Source: Gemmatimonadales bacterium (lineage in GTDB: Bacteria; Gemmatimonadota; Gemmatimonadetes; Gemmatimonadales; GWC2-71-9). From it: DNA of 64,000 nt. Every line of letters starts with the position of its first letter. The stretch's first letter is position 1. Both the position numbers and the translations under genes were made by a program. The notes beneath the pieces are model-generated. The model saw nothing but the letters and a program-made list of their open reading frames with translations, was not told where the DNA came from and did not search any database. The stretch spans positions 384,001-448,000 of the forward strand of contig JBBCJC010000002.1 in assembly GCA_037189525.1 (NCBI GenBank), written 5' to 3'. Shown piece by piece: positions 36,284 through 45,069 of this stretch.

Positions 36284-37549
36284 ATGGCGCTCACCATCGT
36301 CGTTACCGCGGTCGTCACCCTGCTGCTGGCCGTCGTGGCCATGAACTTTGCCACGTCGGAAAAGCAGCTCGAGCGGAAGATCGACCATCGGCACCCGATC
36401 CGGGATCCGCAGTTCCGGCGCGAGATGTCGGTGATGATGGGTCCCTCGATTCTGCCCGGCAACCGCGTGACGGCATTGCAGAACGGAGTGGAAATCTTTC
36501 CGGCCATGCTCCGGGCCATCCGCTCGGCCCGGGTGTCGGTCACCTTCGAAACGTACATCTACTGGTCCGGCGAGATCGGTCGCGAGTTCAGCGACGCGCT
36601 CTGCGAACGGGCGCAGGCCGGCATACCGGTGAATGTCACGGTCGACTGGGTCGGCAGCCTCAAGATGGACCAGGCGCTGCTCGATCGGATGGAGGCAGCC
36701 GGGGTGCGCTTGCGGCGCTACCGGCCGCTCCACTGGTACAACCTCGGGCGGATGAACAATCGGACCCATCGCAAGCTGCTGGTCGTCGACGGCCGGATCG
36801 GCTTTACCGGCGGGGTCGGCATTGCCGACCAGTGGCAGGGTCAGGGTGAAAATCCCGATCACTGGCGGGACATGCACTTCGAAATCGAAGGTCCCGTCGT
36901 GGCGCAACTGCAGGCGGCGTTCAACGACAACTGGATCAAGACGACCGGCACCGTGCTGCGCGGTCCCGAATACTTTCCGGCTCTGACCTCGGCCGGGCCG
37001 ATGGATGCGCACCTGTTCATCGCTTCGCCGCCGGGCGGGAGCGAGAGCATGCACCTGATGTACCTGATGGCGATCGGGGCCGCCGAGGCGTCGATCGACC
37101 TGGCGGCGTCCTACTTCGTGCCGGACGAACTGACGTTGAAGGCGCTGGTGGCGGCGAGCCGGCGCGGGGTGAGCGTTCGCTTGCTGGTACCGGGTCAGCA
37201 TATCGACTCGGAAGCCGTGCGGCTCAGTTCGAAGGCAAGCTGGGGCGCCTTGCTCGAGGCCGGAGTCGCGATCGCCGAGTATCAACCGACCATGCTGCAC
37301 ACCAAGCTGCTGATCATCGATAACCACTTCACGTCGGTGGGGTCGACCAACTTCGATGCGCGGTCGTTTCGCCTCAATGACGAGGCCAGTCTCAACATCT
37401 ATGACACGGACTTTGCCGTCCGGATGACGGCTACCTTCGAACAGGACCTGGACCAGGCCAAGCCGTACACCTACGAGATGTGGCGGACCAGGCCGCTCCG
37501 TGCGCGGCTTGCGGAAGCGTTGCTCTGGCCGATCCGGTCGCAGCTCTGA
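36284..37549 (+). CDS. Cardiolipin synthase-like phospholipase D
   Basis: Two HKD motifs (HRKLLVVD, HTKLLIID), WRD, YFVP, GSTNFDARSFRLNDE. Confidence 0.92.
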   Translation: MALTIVVTAVVTLLLAVVAMNFATSEKQLERKIDHRHPIRDPQFRREMSVMMGPSILPGNRVTALQNGVEIFPAMLRAIRSARVSVTFETYIYWSGEIGREFSDALCERAQAGIPVNVTVDWVGSLKMDQALLDRMEAAGVRLRRYRPLHWYNLGRMNNRTHRKLLVVDGRIGFTGGVGIADQWQGQGENPDHWRDMHFEIEGPVVAQLQAAFNDNWIKTTGTVLRGPEYFPALTSAGPMDAHLFIASPPGGSESMHLMYLMAIGAAEASIDLAASYFVPDELTLKALVAASRRGVSVRLLVPGQHIDSEAVRLSSKASWGALLEAGVAIAEYQPTMLHTKLLIIDNHFTSVGSTNFDARSFRLNDEASLNIYDTDFAVRMTATFEQDLDQAKPYTYEMWRTRPLRARLAEALLWPIRSQL

Positions 37550-37552
37550 GGT

Positions 37553-37825
37553 TCAGGGCCGGGCAAACACGGCGCCGTGAGGGACGCCGGGGGCATCGGT
37601 CCCGTGGGGCCAGCGCACGTTGGTCATCGAGAAGCCGGCTGGCCCGTCATCGGTATTTCTAAAAGTCGTGTCCAGCGTGAGCGCGCCGGTGGCGGGGTCG
37701 AAGCGGGCCAGCACGATGCGATGGTCCATCCCAACATATCCGGTGATCACGACACGCTGCTGATCGGGCGATACGGCCAGCCAGTGGGGCACATCGTCCG
37801 CACCAAGCGTCAGGCGGCCGACGGC
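37553..37825 (-). pseudogene. 3' remnant of a beta-propeller gene, resembling selenium-binding protein (SBP56-like) family C-termini
   Basis: AVGRLTLGADDVPHWLAVSPD...FDPATGALTLDTTFR...WPHG...PHGAVF. In-frame TAA immediately upstream and no room for the N-terminal part. Family recognised from memory. Confidence 0.55.
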
Positions 37826-37841
37826 TTAGCCGAGGTCGGAT

Positions 37842-37876
37842 ATCGAACGGGCGCCACCCTGCAGCGCCCGTTCGAT
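37842..37876 (-). terminator. Hairpin after the Ig/repeat lipoprotein gene
   Basis: ATCGAACGGGCGC/GCGCCCGTTCGAT perfect 13-bp stem. Confidence 0.7.
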
Positions 37877-37896
37877 TGATGCGGACTAATGCGTAA

Positions 37897-39231
37897 CTAC
37901 TGGATCATCAGCACATTGAACTCGCTATTCACCGGGGTTCCCGCGGTGTTGTAGCAGAAGATCGAAACGGTGGTGCTGCCCCACGAACCGATCCGGCACC
38001 GGCGGTCGTTGCCTCCGTATGCCGTGACGATCACGGTTTCTGCTGCTCCCGGTGTACGGACAAAGTTCGGGAATGTGACCACGTACGCCCCCAGGCCGGA
38101 TTGGGTGATCTGATTGACGCCTCCGGTCGAGTTGAAGCTGTAGTTCGCATTTGGGGTATAGGGTCCGGCCACACCCGCCTGATCGGCCCAGGCGAAGGCT
38201 GCTTGGGCCCCAGCGCGGCCCTTTTCGAGTATCAGCACGCTGAACTTGGTATCGATGGATGCACCGGCCGCATTGACGCAGGCGATATCGGTGGAGAACG
38301 ACGAGAAGCTCCAGACTTCGACCCAGCATCGCTCACCCGCGGTGCCGACGGCCGTTACGAACACCTGATCAGGGCCGTCGGTTGCGGTACGATTGAGCCT
38401 GGCGAAGGTGGCCCGGTAGTGTCCCGGGGACACACGGGTGATGGTGACCGGCCCGGCACGGGAGTTCCGCGCTTGCTGCGGAACATAGGCGGCGGTCGCT
38501 GCCTCGTCATGCGCCAACGCAAAGCCGAGTCGGCCTTCCAACGCGGTACCGCCGGTGGCCAGCAGCGTGAAGCGGGCGTCGGCAGGGGCGCCTGCGGCGT
38601 TGAAACACCGCACGTTGGCTACCAGGTCCGCCCCCGAGTTCTGCCAGCCGCTAAGCTGGCAATAGGCGTTGTCCGTGTTGTAGGCGGACACCTGGACATT
38701 GGTGCGCTGGCCTGCGCCCGCCGCAAGACCCGTCATAGTCACTGCGTACTGCCCGGTCCCGGCTCGCGTGATGCTGGCCTTGGCGCCGGAACTCAGATAC
38801 TCATAGCCGTTGGTGACCGTGTAACTCTCCGAGGCCTGGTCGCTGGCCCAGACGTACCCGAATCGATCATCCCGAACGACGGTCACGGAGGCCGTACCGG
38901 TCCGTCCGCTCACCGTGGCCGAGATGGTTGCCTGGCCAGTGGCGACGGCGACCACGCCACCGGTGCCGGTGATGTTGGCGGCCGCTCCCGAGATTGCCCA
39001 GGTGACGGACTGCCCTGTCATCACGGTCCCGTTCTGGTCCTTCACCGTGGCGGTGGCGACCGTCGTGTCTCCCGGGAGCAGGGTGCCGGACGCCAGGGCA
39101 ACGTCGACGGTGGTCACCACCGGGGTTGGCGGCGGTGGAGGGGGCGGCGGCGTCACCGGTCCTGTGTCACCTCCGCAGCCGGACAGAACCACCGAGATCG
39201 CAATACCGACCTGCATCATACGACCCGTCAT
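37897..39231 (-). CDS. Lipoprotein with poly-Pro linker, Ig-like (Big_2-type) domain and three tandem ~105-aa Cys-containing beta repeats
   Basis: Lipobox VLSGC, TPPPPPPPPTP, ATVKDQNG...VTW...G.V.AVATG.ATISAT, then three repeats with IT...G.Y..T, V.VsA...C...W...C.N.AG. Confidence 0.8.
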   Translation of the reverse strand: MTGRMMQVGIAISVVLSGCGGDTGPVTPPPPPPPPTPVVTTVDVALASGTLLPGDTTVATATVKDQNGTVMTGQSVTWAISGAAANITGTGGVVAVATGQATISATVSGRTGTASVTVVRDDRFGYVWASDQASESYTVTNGYEYLSSGAKASITRAGTGQYAVTMTGLAAGAGQRTNVQVSAYNTDNAYCQLSGWQNSGADLVANVRCFNAAGAPADARFTLLATGGTALEGRLGFALAHDEAATAAYVPQQARNSRAGPVTITRVSPGHYRATFARLNRTATDGPDQVFVTAVGTAGERCWVEVWSFSSFSTDIACVNAAGASIDTKFSVLILEKGRAGAQAAFAWADQAGVAGPYTPNANYSFNSTGGVNQITQSGLGAYVVTFPNFVRTPGAAETVIVTAYGGNDRRCRIGSWGSTTVSIFCYNTAGTPVNSEFNVLMIQ

Positions 39232-39410
39232 GAGTGCCCTCGTCGAGTGTCCAGGATTCAGCCATTTGGATGCGCACCGATTGGTTAGCCCTTGTCGGGC
39301 CAAGTGTTCGGTGTCATCTGTCGGCGGCAGGCGGCGGGTCGAAATCGGTCGACCCGCTCATCGGAGGGTTTGGCCGGCAAGGTCGGGGCCAGCCGTAACT
39401 TCGGGAAGAT

Positions 39411-41744
39411 TCAGAGCCGAAACAGGTAGCTTGCTTTCGCAAAGAACCCGTCGACTCGACGTTCGAGTTCCCGGAAACGGAACTCCCGCGGTTCTTCGAG
39501 GGTCGAGCCATATCCTACATAGAAGAGCGTACCCGGGGTGGGCCGGTAGCTGAACAGCCAGTCCATCCGGAACTCGTTGCGCGTCTCGGCCTGTGCCGGC
39601 AGCCGATCGACGTAGATCTGTTGTCCTTCGCGCGTTGCGAGCCCGGCTTGCTTGCGGGCCGTGTACTCGCCGATCAGCCGGAAGAACACCGCCCGGTTGA
39701 GCTGGTACTCGAGCTTGACCCGCGGAATCGTTTCGGTGGAGAAGCGGCTGCCGTCACGCTGGCGGTCGAGGGTCAGCCGGGTGATCTGCATCGTCGTCCG
39801 GACCGCTGAGGTGGGCCGGAGGTCCACGACCGCATTGAGCTGGAGGCTCCGCCCGCGGCTGGCTTCTCGGAAGATCGGGATCTCGCCGTATGCCACGCTG
39901 GCCGTTGCGCTCACCTGCCGGAACGTTGGCGTGGTGACCGAGAGCGAGCCGGACCAGAGATTCCGCTCCGGCCCGGGAAGCGGAAACGGCTGGAAGTTGG
40001 GCAGGTTGAGCGAAGGGCCCAGCACTTCGTATCCGGCATAGTCGGCGGCGTCATAGGCGTACAGGTTCCGCGCCAGGGAGGTGCCGACCTGCCAGCCGCC
40101 GCGCAGGGTGGCGCTTGGTGAGATACTCTCCCGTCCTTCGATCAGGCCGTCGCCAAGTTGATCGTAGGCCCACATCCGCCCCACGCTCAAGAACCCGCCG
40201 ATCGTCTGGACCAGTGCGCCCGGGGCGCCGTAGAAGCTCAACCGGTTGGAGAACGAGGCCTCGACCACGCCAGTCCGATTGACGAACCCCGCCGCGGCAT
40301 CGAAATCCGGATCGATCGCTTCGATGCTGTGATGGAAGCCCCAGCGGCGACCGGTCCGGTCCCAGTCGACCTTGAACAGATTGCCGCTGCTACTGGTGCC
40401 GTTCCGGTCGGCGAAGGATTGCGCCGTCTGAACCTCGACATAGTACAGTCGCGAATGGTAGATCCGGGCGTCGGCGCCGATCAGCCGGGAATAGTCGCCG
40501 CCGTCTTCACGGGTGGTCAGCACTCCGCCGATGGTGCCGGTGCGACCCAGGTCCTGTCGCAGACGGGTGATACCGAAGATCGGCGCCTGGCCGCCATTCC
40601 ACGACATAGCGCGATCGTCGGCCGCGAGCATGGTGGCCAGGGTGAGGTTGCCCACCTTGCCGGCCAGCTTGAGGCCCGCCGAAGGGGCTGCGATCCGCCG
40701 AGTGTAGATCAGTCGGCTCGGGGTGTCGAAGAGCTCGAGGCCGTCGAGGAAGAAAGGCCGCTTTTCCGGATAGAAGAGGGCAAACCGCTCGTTGAGCAGA
40801 ACCTGGCCCACGTCGGCTTCGACCTGGGAAAAATCCGGATTGACGGTGGCGTTGAGGGTGAGGCTCTGGTTGATGGCCCAGCGAGCGTCGCCCCCCACGT
40901 CACCGGTTTCGTCGTACTGCCAGGCGCCGGCCGCCGTGCGGGCACCGTCGAGTCGACCCGTGACGGTCGGGGTGACCTCGAGTACCAGCCCGGGCCGCAT
41001 GTCGTGGAGTCCCTGGAGCGTGCCACCCTGCGCCAGAAAGTTCGAGTTGGCGCGCACCGCCGGGGTCCAGGTGTCCTGATAGCCGGTGTGCTGCACCCGG
41101 CGGAGGACTTGAATGCCCCAGTCCTGTACCGACTTCGACTGATACCGGAGACTCTTGAAGGGAATCCGGATCTCGACCACATAGCCGTCGGGGACCACGT
41201 GGCCGCGCGATTCGAAAACGTAGTCCGGATTGAGGTCGACGTTGCCGTCGAGAAAATTGCCGCCGCCGAATCCGCCGCCGGTGGCCGAGGAGCCGCCGGC
41301 ACCGCCACCCCATTGAGAGGAGCGGGTGCCGTCCTGTTGCACACCGAGCGGATTGACGCCGAAGAGATACGCCAGCCGGCGATCGTTATGCGTATCGAGC
41401 AGGATCTGGATGTGATCTTCGCTGCCGATGTTATCCCGGTTGGCGCGCGTGGCACGGACCACGTCGCCGTGAATTTCCCGGGCCCGGATTCCGAAGTGGA
41501 TCGCGTGCGCCGAGTACCAGACCAGCACCTCGGTCGGTTCCTCGGCAGAGCGGCCGTCGACGGGTTGGTACTGGGAAAAGTCGGTCAGGCGCGCCGCCTG
41601 CGACCAGACCGCCTCGTCGAGCACGCCATCGATCGTGATCTCGGCTTCGATCCGGGGAATCGGCACGTTGAGGCGCTGGGCACGGCCGCTGAAGGTCAAG
41701 GTATCGGAGACGGCCGTCAACAGGAGCAGAGCAATCGGAAACAT
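39411..41744 (-). CDS. Carbohydrate-binding family 9-like plus DUF5916 outer-membrane protein
   Basis: IDGVLDEAVW, FGVNPLGVQQD, EIRIPFKSLRY, TVNPDFSQVEAD, FYPEKRPFFL, C-terminal KASYLFRL. Confidence 0.88.
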   Translation of the reverse strand: MFPIALLLLTAVSDTLTFSGRAQRLNVPIPRIEAEITIDGVLDEAVWSQAARLTDFSQYQPVDGRSAEEPTEVLVWYSAHAIHFGIRAREIHGDVVRATRANRDNIGSEDHIQILLDTHNDRRLAYLFGVNPLGVQQDGTRSSQWGGGAGGSSATGGGFGGGNFLDGNVDLNPDYVFESRGHVVPDGYVVEIRIPFKSLRYQSKSVQDWGIQVLRRVQHTGYQDTWTPAVRANSNFLAQGGTLQGLHDMRPGLVLEVTPTVTGRLDGARTAAGAWQYDETGDVGGDARWAINQSLTLNATVNPDFSQVEADVGQVLLNERFALFYPEKRPFFLDGLELFDTPSRLIYTRRIAAPSAGLKLAGKVGNLTLATMLAADDRAMSWNGGQAPIFGITRLRQDLGRTGTIGGVLTTREDGGDYSRLIGADARIYHSRLYYVEVQTAQSFADRNGTSSSGNLFKVDWDRTGRRWGFHHSIEAIDPDFDAAAGFVNRTGVVEASFSNRLSFYGAPGALVQTIGGFLSVGRMWAYDQLGDGLIEGRESISPSATLRGGWQVGTSLARNLYAYDAADYAGYEVLGPSLNLPNFQPFPLPGPERNLWSGSLSVTTPTFRQVSATASVAYGEIPIFREASRGRSLQLNAVVDLRPTSAVRTTMQITRLTLDRQRDGSRFSTETIPRVKLEYQLNRAVFFRLIGEYTARKQAGLATREGQQIYVDRLPAQAETRNEFRMDWLFSYRPTPGTLFYVGYGSTLEEPREFRFRELERRVDGFFAKASYLFRL

Positions 41745-41850
41745 CTAGGAAAGATAGTCGAGTACGGTGGACGATCCTCCGTGCGCGGGACCTCGCTGGG
41801 GACCGGAATGTTCCGCCGTCTTTGGACAGAACATCCCGGTATTGGTCGCG

Positions 41851-42471
41851 TCAGCGATTCAAGATGAACGTCCCAGGTCCGGTTCGGCAGCATCGTGTCG
41901 CCGAGCGAACCGTGCGTTTGGCGACGCTGATGCCGACGGAAAGGGTGGTCATCATCCCGCCCAGATGCATCAGCTCGGCTTCGACGACCACGGGCCAGTC
42001 ATCGCGCGGGTCGGTGAGAAAGAGGCCGCTGCCCACCGCGAGCCCGGCGCCGACTCGGATGCCCGAACAGGAGTAGTCCAGTGGGTCGGATCGGCGGGCG
42101 CAGTCGTTGAACCCGCTGAGGTGGACCGTCGGCCCCAGAAACCAGTATGGCAGTCGTCCGGGATCCGGTGTGATCGGTAGCGACAGCCCCGCGCCAATGG
42201 TGAGGCTGACCACACTTCCGCTGCCTCCGCCGACATACTGACCGCGAGTGGACATCCGCAGACTCGCACCCTCTGGTCGTGGCCGGATCCCGGTAAAGTG
42301 CGCGTACACACCAAGCGGGAACGGAGGCGTCGATCCGCCCAGTTGCTCCGGCCCCCTCAGCGGCTTGACGACGCCGGCACCGAACAGGGCATAGGATGGA
42401 ACCGGCGGCTCCTGGGCCTGCGCACCCGAGCTGAGCCCCGCGACCGCCAGGATCGCGAGCGTCCACCGCAT
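41851..42471 (-). CDS. Hypothetical exported protein, possibly a small outer-membrane beta-barrel
   Basis: Signal peptide MRWTLAILAVAGLSSGAQA and alternating Gly/hydrophobic strands. Start and C-terminal tail are uncertain. Confidence 0.5.
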   Translation of the reverse strand: MRWTLAILAVAGLSSGAQAQEPPVPSYALFGAGVVKPLRGPEQLGGSTPPFPLGVYAHFTGIRPRPEGASLRMSTRGQYVGGGSGSVVSLTIGAGLSLPITPDPGRLPYWFLGPTVHLSGFNDCARRSDPLDYSCSGIRVGAGLAVGSGLFLTDPRDDWPVVVEAELMHLGGMMTTLSVGISVAKRTVRSATRCCRTGPGTFILNR

Positions 42472-42618
42472 CGGGCGGGGTCTCACCGCTGGAATGGAAT
42501 CGCTCTCGGCAACCGTCATCGGTCCCGCGCTGCGTGCGTATCTCACCAATATATGGAATTGGCCGGCACGCCGGTGCAGACTTGCCCCCGCTGCGATTCG
42601 GCACGATACTTTGGTGTC

Positions 42619-42638
42619 CAGATTTGTATACAAATCTG
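42619..42638. promoter_or_regulatory. Perfect 20-bp palindromic operator-like site (GntR-type core TTGTATACAA)
   Basis: CAGATTTGTATACAAATCTG is its own reverse complement. It lies just after TTGCCC-N17-GATACT (or TACTTT) and 38 bp before the ATG at 42677. Confidence 0.75.
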
Positions 42639-42676
42639 ACGACACGACCGAGTCATCCTCTTCACACGAGCTTCCC

Positions 42677-44209
42677 ATGTCCAAGTCGTTCTGGCGATCG
42701 TCTTCGCTCGTCCTGGTCTGCTGCGCAACCGTGATCTCCGGCGTGTCGGCGCAACGCGCGGCACAGCGCGCACCGCTCGACGGATTCGATCAGTATGTCA
42801 CCAACGCCATTCGTGAACTCGAACACGCCGGCATTGCGATTGCCGTCGTGAAGAACGACTCGATCGTCTACGCCAAGGGATTCGGAGTGCGCGCGGTCGG
42901 CAAGCCCGAGCCGGTCGATGCGCACACCATCTTTGCCATCGGTTCCTCGACCAAAGCGTTTGCCGGTTTGTCGGTGGCCATGCTGGTCGACGAAGGCAAG
43001 ATGAAGTGGGACGAGCCGGTAGCGACGTACCTGCCCGGCTTCCGGCTCTATGATCCGTATGTCTCGCAGGAAATCTCGATGCGTGACGCGCTGACCCATC
43101 GGAGCGGCCTGGCGCGCACCGACCTGGTCTGGATCAGCGGACAGTTTACCAGCGAGGAGCTGATTCGCCGGCTCCGCTTCGTCAAACCGGCCGGGCCCTT
43201 CCGGCAGGAATACGGTTACCAGAATCTGATGTACCTCGCGGCCGGGATGGCCGTAGCCAAAGTGGCCGGAACCCCGACGTGGTCTGACTTTGCCGCGCAG
43301 CGGATTCTGGCGCCGCTCGGCATGCGCGAGTCGAGCTTGTCGGTCAAGGATCTGGCCGGCAAGACCAACGTCGCGCTGCCGCACGCCCGCATCAACGACA
43401 CGCTGCGGGTCGTCGCGGCGCGCGACATCGACCACGTCGCGCCGGCCGGATCGATCAACTCGAATGTGCTGGACATGGCGCAGTGGCTTCGCTTCCAGCT
43501 CAATGGCGGCAAAGTCAACGGCAAGGCGCTGCTCGGCCAGCGCGCCTTCGACGAAACCCGTACGCCGCAGTTCGCCATGCGCCGCGGGGGCGGCGGTGGT
43601 GCGCAGGGCGCCGAGCGGGACGGGTACTTCTCCGCCTATGGCATGGGCTGGTTCCTGCAGGACTACAAGGGCCGCTTCGTGGTGCATCACGGTGGCAACA
43701 TCGACGGAATGACGGCCCTGGTGGCCATGTTACCCGACGAGCAGTTGGGCGTGGTCGCCCTCACCAACATGAACGGCTCGCCGCTCCCGACCGCGCTGGC
43801 GTACACCATCTTCGATCGGTTTCTTGGCTTGCCCGCCAAAGATCGTGTGGCGGAGATCAAGCAGGCGCAGGGCCGAGCCGCGACCCGCGCTGCGCAGCAG
43901 GCAGCAGAAGCGGAGGCCAAGCGGGTCAAGAACACCTCGCCGACCCTGGCGCTCGACAAGTATGTCGGCACCTACGCCGACAGCGCCAACGGCGATTTCA
44001 AGGTCAGCCAGGAAAACGGTAAGCTGGTGGTGCGTTACGGCACCCAATTCACCGGTGATCTCGAGCACTGGAACTACGATACGTTCCGGGCCGTCTGGCG
44101 GAATTCGGCGCTCTTCACGCAGAGCATGGTGAACTTCACCATCGGCCGTGACGGCACGCCGTCCACCGTGACGATCGACATGTTTGGCGAGTTCGGACGC
44201 CGGCCCTGA
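42677..44209 (+). CDS. Serine hydrolase (beta-lactamase family) with DUF3471-like C-terminus
   Basis: Signal peptide, FAIGSSTK, LTHRSG, YQN, HGGNIDG, YVGTY...LEHWNYDTF. Confidence 0.92.
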   Translation: MSKSFWRSSSLVLVCCATVISGVSAQRAAQRAPLDGFDQYVTNAIRELEHAGIAIAVVKNDSIVYAKGFGVRAVGKPEPVDAHTIFAIGSSTKAFAGLSVAMLVDEGKMKWDEPVATYLPGFRLYDPYVSQEISMRDALTHRSGLARTDLVWISGQFTSEELIRRLRFVKPAGPFRQEYGYQNLMYLAAGMAVAKVAGTPTWSDFAAQRILAPLGMRESSLSVKDLAGKTNVALPHARINDTLRVVAARDIDHVAPAGSINSNVLDMAQWLRFQLNGGKVNGKALLGQRAFDETRTPQFAMRRGGGGGAQGAERDGYFSAYGMGWFLQDYKGRFVVHHGGNIDGMTALVAMLPDEQLGVVALTNMNGSPLPTALAYTIFDRFLGLPAKDRVAEIKQAQGRAATRAAQQAAEAEAKRVKNTSPTLALDKYVGTYADSANGDFKVSQENGKLVVRYGTQFTGDLEHWNYDTFRAVWRNSALFTQSMVNFTIGRDGTPSTVTIDMFGEFGRRP

Positions 44210-44237
44210 GTTCCGGAGCGGCGGCTCGGCCTCCGAC

Positions 44238-44915
44238 TCAGACGGGGTCGAGGCCGAGTCGCCAATGCCACCAGCTGCGCAGTCTGGGCCTGGTCAGCAC
44301 GACGTGCGCCAGCAGCGCAACCCCCGCCAAGATCGCGACGTACCACGGCTTCCCAAGTAGCGTCCTCCCATACTCGAGCCCGTTCCCGCGCGCGGCAGGT
44401 GCCAGGAGACGCGTTGTCAGCATGGCGTGCGCGGTGACGGTCAGCAACGCCAGGCGGATCAGATGGCGGGGCGCCCGCCAGAGCATCGACCGGCCCAGCC
44501 GATGATCGAGCCTGCTCGTGAAATAGAGGGCAATGAGACCGACCAGGCCGCCGAGTATTGCCATGGCGGTTCGGGCATTCGAGCCCGCCGTCTCGAACGC
44601 GACCTCGAGCATGCCATAGACGAAGCCTGTCACCACGAACGCCAGCGCAACGGCCAGCGGATAGAGGAACGGCCACGTGACCAGAGCGAGCATCGGTGCC
44701 CCCGCCGCACCATAATCCGGCGGTGAGGTCGCCGGGGTGCTGCTCGGCTCGTAAGAGCTCCCGCGCCAGAGGGCCGGGTCGTTCAGCCCGGGGGACGGCA
44801 CCGAAAACGGCGGTGGTGGCGGCGGCGGGCGATTGGCGCCGGTTGCGTTGTCCCACTGCTCCTGGCGGACCCGCTCTCGATGAGCCCAGGCGTCGTAGCT
44901 TTCCGGTTCGCGCAC
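44238..44915 (-). CDS. Hypothetical membrane protein (Pro-rich N-terminus, about 4 TM segments)
   Basis: ORF fills the gap between neighbours and has four hydrophobic segments. GTG 44915 after GAGGG was chosen as start, but this is uncertain. Confidence 0.6.
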   Translation of the reverse strand: MREPESYDAWAHRERVRQEQWDNATGANRPPPPPPPFSVPSPGLNDPALWRGSSYEPSSTPATSPPDYGAAGAPMLALVTWPFLYPLAVALAFVVTGFVYGMLEVAFETAGSNARTAMAILGGLVGLIALYFTSRLDHRLGRSMLWRAPRHLIRLALLTVTAHAMLTTRLLAPAARGNGLEYGRTLLGKPWYVAILAGVALLAHVVLTRPRLRSWWHWRLGLDPV

Positions 44916-45069
44916 GCGGCGCCCTCGATGGAGGAGGTTGAATACTGCAGCGGGAATCGATCGGTCGCCAGTCATGCTCGGGACGAACGGAACTCCGGGC
45001 CGCATCGCGACCCTGAGAACGCCTCGCGCATCGTGAGGGAAGCACATCGTCCACACATCGGAGACACCC

